Below, piece after piece: positions 25,700 through 35,400 of a stretch of DNA of 64,000 bases (the first letter of the stretch is position 1; the number at the start of each line of letters is the position of its first letter). This stretch comes from Terriglobia bacterium. GTDB lineage: Bacteria; Acidobacteriota; Terriglobia; Acidiferrales; UBA7541. The notes beneath the pieces were generated by a model, which made no database searches, was not told the origin of the DNA, and saw only the letters and a program-made list of their open reading frames with translations. The position numbers were made by a program, and so were the translations under genes. The stretch is taken from the NCBI GenBank assembly GCA_963695545.1, contig OY968796.1, forward strand, positions 2,464,001 to 2,528,000, in the 5' to 3' direction.

Positions 25700-28600
25700 C
25701 TACTCCGCCGGCCGCGCCACCAACTTCGGATCGCCCAAGATCCCCGATGGCAACGCCTCGATCAGGTTCATGTCCTGCGCCTGGAATCGCTCGCCATATT
25801 CCAGATTGAGCAGCCGGTAATCTGGGAACGCCTTGCCCGCCATCTCGTTGGTCGCCAGGTTCGCGACCACCACCTTGATCTGATTGTCGCCCGCGCGCAC
25901 CAGCGACGTCACCTCCACCTCGTACGGCGGCAACCAGACATCGCCCGCCGCGCTGCCGTTCACGAACACCTGCGCCGCCTCGCGCACCGGACTTTCAATC
26001 CACGCCTGCAATCGCAATCCGCCGGAGCCGGTGCCATCGCCCACCGCCGCGTGCACCACGGGCTTCTCGATCACCGTGCCCTGGCCGAAATCGAGAAATA
26101 CGCGGATGCCCGGCTTCATCATCGCCGCCGGCACCGTCACGGTTCTCTCGTACACCGCTTGCCCCGAATAATATTTCGTCGCCGCGTCATCGGTCCACGA
26201 ATGCAACTGATCCATCGTGATCGTCGAACCTGGAGCGGAGCCTAGCCCCGTGTACGTCACCGACCAATTCGTTCCCATGTCCACTGGCGCGGGCATCTCC
26301 GGCTGCTTGCCCACCCCTTTCTGCACACGATATTTGGTTCGATCCTTCGCCGCCGAGACGCGCTCCTTTTCATTCGTGAAGAAAACGATGCGCGACGCAT
26401 ACGGCTCAAGCGTCAGATCTATCGTCGAGCCCATACCTAGAGGCGTGCTCTTTCCCGAGATCGGATCCCAAATCTCCGCCTGTTCGCCCGTCACCCGGAA
26501 CGTTGCCTGCGTATCGACCAAGTGGTTGCTGGTGTTGGCCGCGAAATACAAATCGCCAAACTCCAGTTTGCGATGCACGAATCCCACTTCCGGAGCTTCG
26601 GGCGCGAGCACCACGTCCGGCTGGGTCAGTTGCGCCAAGGTTTCCCCCAGCTTCTTTTCGTCAGCCACGAAATGCCCCGCCGCCCCCGGCGCGCTGAACA
26701 ATATCTGCGAAAGTGCCGCAACCTCCGGCGAATCCGTCGCCGCCTCCTGCAATCCCGGCGCAAGCGAGGGCAAACTGCGCGTCGCGATCACAATTCCTCC
26801 GGCCTTTGCGAATGCCTCGATCTTGCGATACGTCTCGAGTGGCATCCGTTCGATGCCCGGCAAAATCAACACGCGATATGGAATCCCCACCTTGTCGATC
26901 GCGTCCGCATCGATGAAATCCAGATTGAATCCCGCATTCAAAATCTGCGGAATCACCGTGTCGCCCAGCAGCGGCACAATCGTCTGGTTCACCGAAATGC
27001 TTGATCCCAGCGGCGGCGTAAATCCCGCCGGCCTCGCCCCCGCAATGTTTGCCCCCGGCGTAATCAGTCCGGAATTCCCCACGCCCGAAGCCGCGCCGAT
27101 TCCGCGCCCCGTAGCCTCCCCAATCACCAGCGCATTGAATTTCGCCCACGCATCATCGGTGGGCAGAAGGAGCGCCACATCATTCGCCGGCTTGCCCTGA
27201 CGCAGCAAATAGCTCACGCGCTGCAAATATTGCGTCACGTCCGGCATAACCGTGTACCAGGGATTGTGATCGTCGAACACCGCCGCCGCGTAAAAATGCC
27301 AACCCGGTTCGCCCGCCGACGGCGGCGAATACGGCCATCCGTGACCGATCAATTGATTGCTGCCTTCGAGGAAATAAAGATCGGCGCCGGCCTTCATATC
27401 GATCGGCCGCGCGCGAAACACCGGAGAGTGCAACCACGTCCACGTCTCGGACGAAGTGACCGTCCGCCCGAACAGATGATTCGCCGACGACGCCCAGCGC
27501 ACCGCCGAGAAGCCGTTCCAGTTATAGCCTTCGCCCTCGGCCAGATCGACGAGCGCGTTGCTCGATAGCGTAGTAGGCGGCGTGCCGTAACTCTGCGAGC
27601 GGAATTTCGTTCCGTGCGCGTCGGCCCACTCGCGGAACGGCGTCAGGTAATTGTCATCGGCCAGTTCGGTCAGCGTCTTGCCCCAATCGTGCCGAATCGC
27701 GTCGGTTTGCGGACCGATGTCGCCGACGAGAGCGGGGAGATAGGGCGTCAAGTCGTAGCCGCGCCGCTTCTGAAATTGTTCGAGGAAATCGCCGGTCCAG
27801 TCCGACTGATAGACTTCGAGACTGTCGCTGAACACGGCGTAAGGAGGATTCGGGCCCAGCGCAGCCAGCAATTTATCGCCGACGGTGTGCAAATGCGTTT
27901 CCGCCGCCGCGTGATCGTAATGATCGAGCACGAATCCCTCCGCGCCCAGCGCCGGCCGCTTCACCTGCATTCCCGACCTGCTGGCGATGAAGAACAGCAC
28001 GTCGTGCGCTGCATCGAGAGCGGCGGTGCCATCCGGCAGGAGAAGCCTGCCATCGTGAATCGAATCCGCCGGCAGCATCACCGCGCCCTGTGGCGCGATC
28101 TTGCCGTCCGGTGCCGCCACCAGAAACGCGGCGAGGAATTTTTCGCCCGTAACGATGTCCGGCACTTCCACCGACGCCACCGCGCCGATCGGCACCGCGA
28201 CCACGCGCAGCATTCCGGCGGCTTCCGTCACCGGAATGTTCGGTCCGCCGAGCGGCCAGCCGCTGCCGAGCGTCAGATCGAAGCGCATGCCCAGCTCGCG
28301 CGCCCTGTCGGAAGCGAAGCGCAGATCGCCCAGGAATTCGTCGGAGAGATATGGAAAATTGTGAAAGCCCGTCGCGGGATCGTCGAGCGCCAGCGGATAA
28401 ACCGGCTGCACTTCCACTCCGCCGATTCCGCCGGCCTTCATCGCGCGCAATTCGCGCTCGAGTTCGTCCTTCGTCACCGAAGGCCCGAACCACCACCAGC
28501 GCACCATCATGCGGCTGTCATCCGGCGGCGTGATGAACAATTGCCTCAGCGTGCTCGCCGAATCGCTTTGGTCCGTGGTGCTTGCTTGTGCGGGAGTTTG

Positions 28601-28738
28601 AGACGCCGTCGCCGCTGTTGCCGATGGCGCCTGCGCTCGTGCCGGCCCGATTGCCGCGACGAAGAATATGATCGGCAGAATTATGATCGGGAGAATTGCG
28701 GCGTGCAGGCGGGGGTGAAACCGAAACGAATGCGACAT
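25700..28738 (-). CDS. Glycoside hydrolase family 106 (alpha-L-rhamnosidase-like), secreted
   Basis: MVRWWWFG..KAGGIGGVEVQP, LTLGSGWPLGGP, FSDSLEV, SSETWTWLH and a C-terminal beta-sandwich (VVANL..N..SGILG). Signal peptide. Confidence 0.85.
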   Translation of the reverse strand: MSHSFRFHPRLHAAILPIIILPIIFFVAAIGPARAQAPSATAATASQTPAQASTTDQSDSASTLRQLFITPPDDSRMMVRWWWFGPSVTKDELERELRAMKAGGIGGVEVQPVYPLALDDPATGFHNFPYLSDEFLGDLRFASDRARELGMRFDLTLGSGWPLGGPNIPVTEAAGMLRVVAVPIGAVASVEVPDIVTGEKFLAAFLVAAPDGKIAPQGAVMLPADSIHDGRLLLPDGTAALDAAHDVLFFIASRSGMQVKRPALGAEGFVLDHYDHAAAETHLHTVGDKLLAALGPNPPYAVFSDSLEVYQSDWTGDFLEQFQKRRGYDLTPYLPALVGDIGPQTDAIRHDWGKTLTELADDNYLTPFREWADAHGTKFRSQSYGTPPTTLSSNALVDLAEGEGYNWNGFSAVRWASSANHLFGRTVTSSETWTWLHSPVFRARPIDMKAGADLYFLEGSNQLIGHGWPYSPPSAGEPGWHFYAAAVFDDHNPWYTVMPDVTQYLQRVSYLLRQGKPANDVALLLPTDDAWAKFNALVIGEATGRGIGAASGVGNSGLITPGANIAGARPAGFTPPLGSSISVNQTIVPLLGDTVIPQILNAGFNLDFIDADAIDKVGIPYRVLILPGIERMPLETYRKIEAFAKAGGIVIATRSLPSLAPGLQEAATDSPEVAALSQILFSAPGAAGHFVADEKKLGETLAQLTQPDVVLAPEAPEVGFVHRKLEFGDLYFAANTSNHLVDTQATFRVTGEQAEIWDPISGKSTPLGMGSTIDLTLEPYASRIVFFTNEKERVSAAKDRTKYRVQKGVGKQPEMPAPVDMGTNWSVTYTGLGSAPGSTITMDQLHSWTDDAATKYYSGQAVYERTVTVPAAMMKPGIRVFLDFGQGTVIEKPVVHAAVGDGTGSGGLRLQAWIESPVREAAQVFVNGSAAGDVWLPPYEVEVTSLVRAGDNQIKVVVANLATNEMAGKAFPDYRLLNLEYGERFQAQDMNLIEALPSGILGDPKLVARPAE

Positions 28739-28868
28739 AAGGCCCTCCTCGGGTCATGCTGGTTCTCACGTCACCGGCCCGTTGGACTCGCCCAGCGCGT
28801 TGCCGGTTACAACGCCGCCTCGCTGGGTTTAATTCGGAAAATGTTTGGGCGCGCGCTCTCCGTGCCGA

Positions 28869-31298
28869 TCAGCTTTTCGCGGAACCAATCGGCTGCGCGA
28901 TCGCGGCCAACAATTCCATCACGTGCAGCACAGGACGCTCAAGGCCGTCGCGCAATTGTTCCTGGCACGAAGTGCCCGTCACAACCAATGTACGCGGCCC
29001 GCCGTCCGCTTCGATTTGCCGCACCTGCTGAAATAAATCTTCGCCGACGGACTGGCTCAAATCGTAGTAGTCCTTCTTGTAACCAAAACTGCCGGCCATT
29101 CCACAGCACTCCACTTGCGACGTGGCCACGTCGAATCCCGCCGCGCGCAGCAACGCTTCGGTCGGCTTCGCGTTGCCGCCGAACTGAATGGACCTCTGTG
29201 TTTCGCCGGACTGCGCGGAGCGCATTGCTTCAACCGTCTTCTGCTGGCAATGGCTGTGATAGAAGATGCGCGTGCCGAGCGGATGTTTTGCGGCGGGGAA
29301 AATCTCCGCGGCATTCAGGCCATCATCCTGTATGCACTTCCACAGATATTCGGCGGCGTCGAAAGTGTGCGCGCGCAGCGCTTCGCAGAGTTGCTGTCCG
29401 CTCTCGTCGCTCGCCAGCAGATGACGGTAATCCAACCGAAACATCGCCAGCACACTCGGTTCGACGACGATTATTTCGCGGCCTTCGTCGAGATATCGCT
29501 TCAGCAGTGCGGCTGTGCGCCGCGCTTGCCGCGTGGCCGTTGCGATCATGCCTTGCGAGAGCGCCGCGCGCCCATCGGGCGAAGTTGGGCTGACGATGAT
29601 ATCGACGCCGATCGCTTCGAGCACGTCGAGCGCGGCCAATCCGCGCGCAGGTGTGCCGTAATTGGTGAACACGTCGGCAAACAATACAGCTTTGTGTCGC
29701 GCTGTGCTCTTCGCCGAGCTCGGCGCCGCGCCCGCGGCGGCGCCGCTGGCGCGCGGGAGTTTCCGGCGAGACCGCCGCTTGGCTGCGGCGACGAGAGTGA
29801 TGGAAGCAAACGGAGGAAGTGCGCGCCGACGATCGAGCCCGACGAATCGCTCGAGCAGCGCGCGCGCGAAGCTAAAGCGGTTTACTGCGTTCGCGAGCGA
29901 CGCGAACGGCGCGCTGAATTTTCCGGCGAGATCGTAGCGGCCGAAGAAAAGTTTTTGCAGCGACGCACCGGCGTCGTCGGAGGGAACGCCCGCGAGCACG
30001 CGCTTCACGGCTTGCGCCGCGGCAGAGGATTCTTGTTTTCCCAGGCGCTGCCGCAGAACGGTGTTCAGCCACGGAATATCGATGCGCACCGGACACTGCG
30101 TGACGCAGCGCGAGCAGCCCGTGCACAATTCGGCGAAGCGCGAGCTCGCAAGATCGCGCGTGCCCGCTTCCCACGCGCCGCCGATTCCGCCGGAATAAGT
30201 TTGACCGCCGAAAGCGTGGCCGCCGACGGCCTGAAAATTCGCGCAGCAATTCGAGCATGCGCCGCAGCGAATGCAATACAGCGCTTCGCTCAGCACGGGA
30301 TCCGCGCGCATGCGCCCGCGCCCGTTGTCTACGATCACGAGGTGGAATTCGCGCGGCGGCGCGATGCCGTCGGAAATCACGGGCGCGGCAAGAGGCGGAC
30401 GGATCAGGCTGGTGTATGACGTCATGGGCTGCCCGGTGCCGCTGGCGGCGAGCAATTCGATGAACGGCGCGAGATCTTCGCGCGCGGGCAGAATTTTTTC
30501 GATGCCGGTGACGGCGATGTGCAGCGGCGGCACGAGCGTGGTCATGCGAATGTTGGCTTCGCTTTCGACCAGCACCAGAGTGCCGGAATCGGCGGTGACG
30601 AAATTTGCGCCGGAAATTCCGGCGTCGGCGTTCAGGAATTTGTCGCGCAGGCGATCGCGCGCGAACGCGGTGAGTTCTTCGCCGCTATCGAGCGGCAGAT
30701 CGGTTTTGAATACGCGCTTGAATAGCGCGGTGATTCGCTCGCGGCTGTAATGCAGTGCGGGGCCAACGATGTGCGAGGGCTGCTCGTCGGCGACTTGGAG
30801 AATGAATTCGGCGAGATCGGTTTCGGCGACTTCGATGCCGAGAGCTTCGAGCACGTGGTTTAAGCCGATTTCTTCCGACGTCATGCTCTTGGCTTTGACC
30901 ACCAGGCGCACGTCGTGCCGCTTGCACACCTCGCCGATGTAGTGCGAGGCGGCTTGCGCGTCCTGCGCCAGGAAAAAATGACCGCCGTTGCGGAGGACGC
31001 TGGCTTCGAGCTGGGCCACAAGCTGCGGTTGATCGCGAAGCGCGCGCTCCTTGATGGCGCGCGCTTGGTCCTTCAGCGCGTCGTAGTCGGAGATTTCGGC
31101 GGTGGCCACGTAGCGATTGCGATTGAATGTTTGCACGTTGTGGCGCACGGCGGGGCCTTCGACGCGTAACGCCATGCGAATCGCGGCCAGCAGCGCGGGC
31201 TTCGACGCTTTGCTGGCGAATGCGCGCGGCGATTCAACGTCGGAATCAATGATCTGCGCTATGCCTGCAGCAGGATTGGGGGAGGGGTTCTTGGTCAT
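28869..31298 (-). CDS. LutB/LldF-like L-lactate utilisation Fe-S protein fused to a C-terminal CCG-domain module
   Basis: VKAKSMTSEEI, ETDLAEFILQ, PSHIVGPALH, two 4Fe-4S motifs (CIRCGACSNCC, CTGCSRCVTQCP), then HSHCQQK, CCGMAGSFGY, GTSCQEQ. Confidence 0.88.
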   Translation of the reverse strand: MTKNPSPNPAAGIAQIIDSDVESPRAFASKASKPALLAAIRMALRVEGPAVRHNVQTFNRNRYVATAEISDYDALKDQARAIKERALRDQPQLVAQLEASVLRNGGHFFLAQDAQAASHYIGEVCKRHDVRLVVKAKSMTSEEIGLNHVLEALGIEVAETDLAEFILQVADEQPSHIVGPALHYSRERITALFKRVFKTDLPLDSGEELTAFARDRLRDKFLNADAGISGANFVTADSGTLVLVESEANIRMTTLVPPLHIAVTGIEKILPAREDLAPFIELLAASGTGQPMTSYTSLIRPPLAAPVISDGIAPPREFHLVIVDNGRGRMRADPVLSEALYCIRCGACSNCCANFQAVGGHAFGGQTYSGGIGGAWEAGTRDLASSRFAELCTGCSRCVTQCPVRIDIPWLNTVLRQRLGKQESSAAAQAVKRVLAGVPSDDAGASLQKLFFGRYDLAGKFSAPFASLANAVNRFSFARALLERFVGLDRRRALPPFASITLVAAAKRRSRRKLPRASGAAAGAAPSSAKSTARHKAVLFADVFTNYGTPARGLAALDVLEAIGVDIIVSPTSPDGRAALSQGMIATATRQARRTAALLKRYLDEGREIIVVEPSVLAMFRLDYRHLLASDESGQQLCEALRAHTFDAAEYLWKCIQDDGLNAAEIFPAAKHPLGTRIFYHSHCQQKTVEAMRSAQSGETQRSIQFGGNAKPTEALLRAAGFDVATSQVECCGMAGSFGYKKDYYDLSQSVGEDLFQQVRQIEADGGPRTLVVTGTSCQEQLRDGLERPVLHVMELLAAIAQPIGSAKS

Positions 31299-31367
31299 GG
31301 TCGCCGCTGAACTTTTATACAGGAAACCCGCATGAAAGCTATTATCCGTGAACTTATGCGAAAGCCG

Positions 31368-31919
31368 TTACACGAGAACGATGATGTGCAGCCGGTGCGG
31401 GCCGTGCACACCGCGCACCAGCGGGCCCATGTCCGCCGTGGCGCTTGGCCCGGTGACGAAAACGAAATTGCGATCCAAACCTTTGCTGCCGATGCGATCG
31501 CGGCGAAAAAGATCGCGCGGCGCTTCGACGATATCTTCGGCGGCGAGGACGGCGATGTGCATGCGCGCGAGAAGACTGATGAATCCGGTGTGATCGGGAT
31601 CGAGCGCAACGCAGATGGTGCCCGTGCGCGAGACGCCGGCGAAAGCATCCGTGATGCCGACATCCGCCGCACTGAGTTCGGATTTGCTGCGCCCTGTGAA
31701 CACGCCGGGCAAACGCTCGCACGCCGCGAAAAGATTTGCAGGCAGATCCGCGGGTGGGGCGACGGCGATGCGGCGCGCCGCGGGCGCCGCGCGCAGGACG
31801 GCGCGGGCTAATTCTTCGGACAGCCGGGAGATTTCCGCTGAGCGCGAAATTCGCTCTACGGTCGCGGCGGCGGCGCGCGCGGCGGATTCAAACGCATCGA
31901 GAGCGTTGGGTTGGTCCAT
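31368..31919 (-). CDS. LutC/YkgG-like LUD-domain protein
   Basis: ADVGIT, TGTI, ISLLARMHIAVL, FVTGPSATADM..LVRGVHGP. Start taken at MDQPN. Confidence 0.85.
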   Translation of the reverse strand: MDQPNALDAFESAARAAAATVERISRSAEISRLSEELARAVLRAAPAARRIAVAPPADLPANLFAACERLPGVFTGRSKSELSAADVGITDAFAGVSRTGTICVALDPDHTGFISLLARMHIAVLAAEDIVEAPRDLFRRDRIGSKGLDRNFVFVTGPSATADMGPLVRGVHGPHRLHIIVLV

Positions 31920-32275
31920 TAGAAATGGCGGCCGCCTCCTGCGCGCGAGAACGGGACGAATTTTGACACAAATGCGCACGCGGACCGCGGTTTTTTCGCC
32001 GAGAAGGCAAGAGTGCGATGGCCTTCGCGAGTGTGGACCATATAGTGGGACAGCTCTTCGGTGCCATGCCACGCCCGGATGGAAGCGGGAGTTTCCTGCA
32101 CGATCAAGCGAAAAGTTGGTGCGAAAGCTGGCGGCGCGGCCGCGATGCGTACAGGCGGATGGCTACCATATGTTAAATGAAACAATACGGTTACCGCAGC
32201 TCGATTAAAGGGAATTTCGGCGACGATAGGTGTTGGCAAGTTGCGCAGAGCAAATTCATCCGATCCAAAAATTAC

Positions 32276-32305
32276 TTGACACTCTGGAGGGTAGAGGTAT
32301 TAACT
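32276..32305 (+). promoter_or_regulatory. Putative sigma70 promoter of the TonB-dependent receptor
   Basis: TTGACA at 32276-32281 and TATTAA/TTAACT 16-18 nt downstream. Confidence 0.45.
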
Positions 32306-32414
32306 TCCAAGGTCGAAGGCTGCGATTTCGGCCGAGCCTGAACCCGTGTGGGGACATGGGTACGGTTGAAAGCGCGGCAGGGGTGGTTTAGTACAATTGA
32401 ACCTAGGAGGGCAA

Positions 32415-35400
32415 ATGGTCCGAGTAGACCGCCGTATCTCGGCGTTGTGCTGCGTTTTTGTTGCGCTCGCGTTGGTGCTTTTAATTCCGTTTAACTCATT
32501 CGCTCAAAACGTAGCTGTCGCAGAAGTCTCGGGTCAGATTTTGGATCCGACGGGCGCATCTGTGCCTGATGCCAAGGTGACGATGACCGAAGCCGACAAA
32601 AACGTGGATCACACCACGTTGTCGGACGCCGACGGCAGATATTTGTTTCCGAACCTGCCGGTGGGCCCCTACAAATTGACGGTGGAGAAAACAAGTTTCA
32701 AGACCTACGTGCAGACCGGGATCGTGTTGCAAGTGAACGATCACATCGCCATGAACGTGACGATGCAGCTCGGCGCCGTTTCCGAAAGCGTGGTGGTTCA
32801 GGCTGGCGCCTTGATGGTGCAGACAGACACCGCCGCCGTATCGAACGTGGTTACTGGGGATCAGATCAGCAATCTCCCCCTGAACGGCCGCTTCGCCTCC
32901 GAACTCATCTCCATGGCGGGTGTGTCCTCCGCGTACCAGCAGTCGTCGCCAACCTCTGGCTATGGCGATTTGACGGGGAGCAAGAGTTTCTTTAGTTCTT
33001 TCGCGGTCTCCGTGGCCGGCTCGCAATACAACGGCGTGAACTATCTTCTTGACGGCGGCATGAACAACGACACGTACGCGTTCGTGAACCTGCCATTTCC
33101 GTTCCCCGATGCGCTGGCGGAATTCAGCGTGGAAACCGACGCGCTTCCGGCCCAGACGGGCACGAAGGCGGGCGGGGTGGTGAACGTGGTGACGAAATCG
33201 GGCACCAACGACCTGCACGGCAATTTATTTGAATACCTGCGCAACGGAGATTTTAACGCGCGCGCCCATCCGTTCTTCACCGGTCCGCAGCCGGGAAGCG
33301 GGGGCACGCTGGCGACGAATTGCCAAGCCGATAACCCGTCAAATATCGCGAGCGTGGTCGCGGCGGCGAACGCTGCCGGGACCAGTGGCAACACCGCGGG
33401 AATTGCGGACGGCGGCGTGACGGGTAACTCGTGCGACATCCTGCGCCGCAACCAATTTGGCGGCACGCTGGGCGGCAAAATAATTAAGGATAAGCTTTTC
33501 TACTTCATGGGATATCAGGGCACGCGGATTTCCCAAGTCGGCGGCGCGACCACTAACGAGCCCACTCAGGACGAGATCGCCGACGGGGATCTCGCGCCCT
33601 ATTTCAACGACCTTGAGAGCTCGAAGAACCTGCTGGGCAACACGACCAACTACTGGGCAGGCCAAGCGAACTGCACGATCAAGTCGAATGCGACCTCGGG
33701 CCTTTCGACATCGCTCGCCACGCCTACGCCGTACTTCGGCGGCGCAGCGGGAAGTGCGAACCCCACCCTCGATCCGACCGATACGCAGGATCGTTTGCAG
33801 GCCGGCCAAACCTTTGATCCGATCGCGCTCAAGCTATTTGGCACGAACATGGTGCCGTACGGGCCGGGGCAAGGAACAAATCCCGCTGGCGCGAATTACA
33901 ATCCTTGCGGTTACCTTACGTACGCCGTTCCCTCGGTGCAAAACGAGGACCAGGTGATCGGCCGCATCGACTATGTGGTGAGCTCGAAGCAAACGCTTTT
34001 CGGGCGTTACTTCATCGACGACTTCACAGACCCTGATGCGAATACGCTCGCCGGGGGAACCAATCTTTTGCTGACCAGCTCGCCGGGCGTTTTTCAGAGG
34101 GCGCAGGCGTTCACGTTGGGGGACAGCTACTCGATCTCGCCGACCACGATCAACTCACTGCATCTAACCTGGAACCGCCGGCGGGACAACCGCACCACGC
34201 TGATTCCGGAAAGTTTGGCGACGCTGGGCGCAACGACGTATACCGAGACGAACGCCTTCCTGCAGATCACCGGACCGTTCAGCATCGGCAGCGGCACGGG
34301 CAACCTTGGCCATTTCAACGTGAACTCGTGGCAGGTTTCCGACGACGTCGATCTGATCCGCGGCAGGAATCACTTCACAATGGGAGCGGATCTGATTCGC
34401 ACTCAGGACAATACGCTCACCAACTACGAGAACGACGGCACACTTAGTTTCGGCACGACTTTCACGGGCAACGCTCTTGGCGATTTGTTGATGGGCGCCT
34501 GGAGCGGGTACAGCCAGAGCCGTCCGCAACAAGTGGCGTTCCGGGCGACGTTCCCGGCGTTTTATTTCCAGGATGTCATGCGCGTACGCAACGACCTAAC
34601 GATAAACGCGGGGTTGCGCTGGGAGCCGGAGCTGTTCCCGTACGACCTCCAGGGCCGCGGAGCGACGTTCAACCTGCAGGCTTTCCTCGAAAACGAACGG
34701 AGCCCGCAGTACGCCGCCGATTGCACGACAGCGGCGCTGGCAGTTAACCCGAACGCCTGTCCTCCGGCTGGATTCTTTTTTGACGGAGACCCGGGCCAGG
34801 GGAAGGCGTACTCATCGAGCCGCATCCTCAATCTCGCGCCTCGGCTGGGTATCGCGTGGAATCCATTCGGCAGTCAGAAACAGGTGTTTCGCGCGGGTGG
34901 CGGAATCTTCTATGACGACGCCGCGGTCTGGTGGAGTCAGCGGCTGACTTCGGACCCGCCGGGCATTGACGAAATCGACCTCACGCAGAGCCTTTCGAGC
35001 CTGGCGCCTGCGACGTCCCAGTTCTGCGGAACCTTGAGCCACCCGTGGTTGTACTACAACTCCGCAGGGTGCCAGGGCGCTCCGCTGGCGGGCAATCTAA
35101 ACGGCGGCACAGTTCCTTCGGGGACTTTCGCCGACGGGCCGTTCCCGGCGGTGCATGATTTTCCGTCGAACGCCCTTTGGGTGGTGATCCCGCCGAACGT
35201 CAAGCCGACGTATGTGGGTGAATGGACGGCAAGTTACCAGATTCAGTTCGCCAGCAACTGGATATTCACCGCATCGTACCTGGGCAACAAGTCCACCCAT
35301 CTGCCGTTGGGCTATTCCATTAACTTCTCCGAGACGCCTTTGGAGAACCTCGGGCAGCCGAACGTCTGCTTCTTGCCCGCCGCGGGAGTGGTCGCCACGG

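Noticed and set aside
25391..26245. 284-aa plus-strand ORF after the strong promoter
   Set aside because: About two thirds overlaps the GH106 gene antisense, and the rest translates the repeat element. No protein motifs. A leaderless peptide cannot be fully excluded.
27614..29593. 659-aa plus-strand ORF (and similar 400-500-aa antisense ORFs at 8943, 11526, 29115, 53045, 61288)
   Set aside because: Antisense shadows of confidently identified genes, with no recognisable domains.
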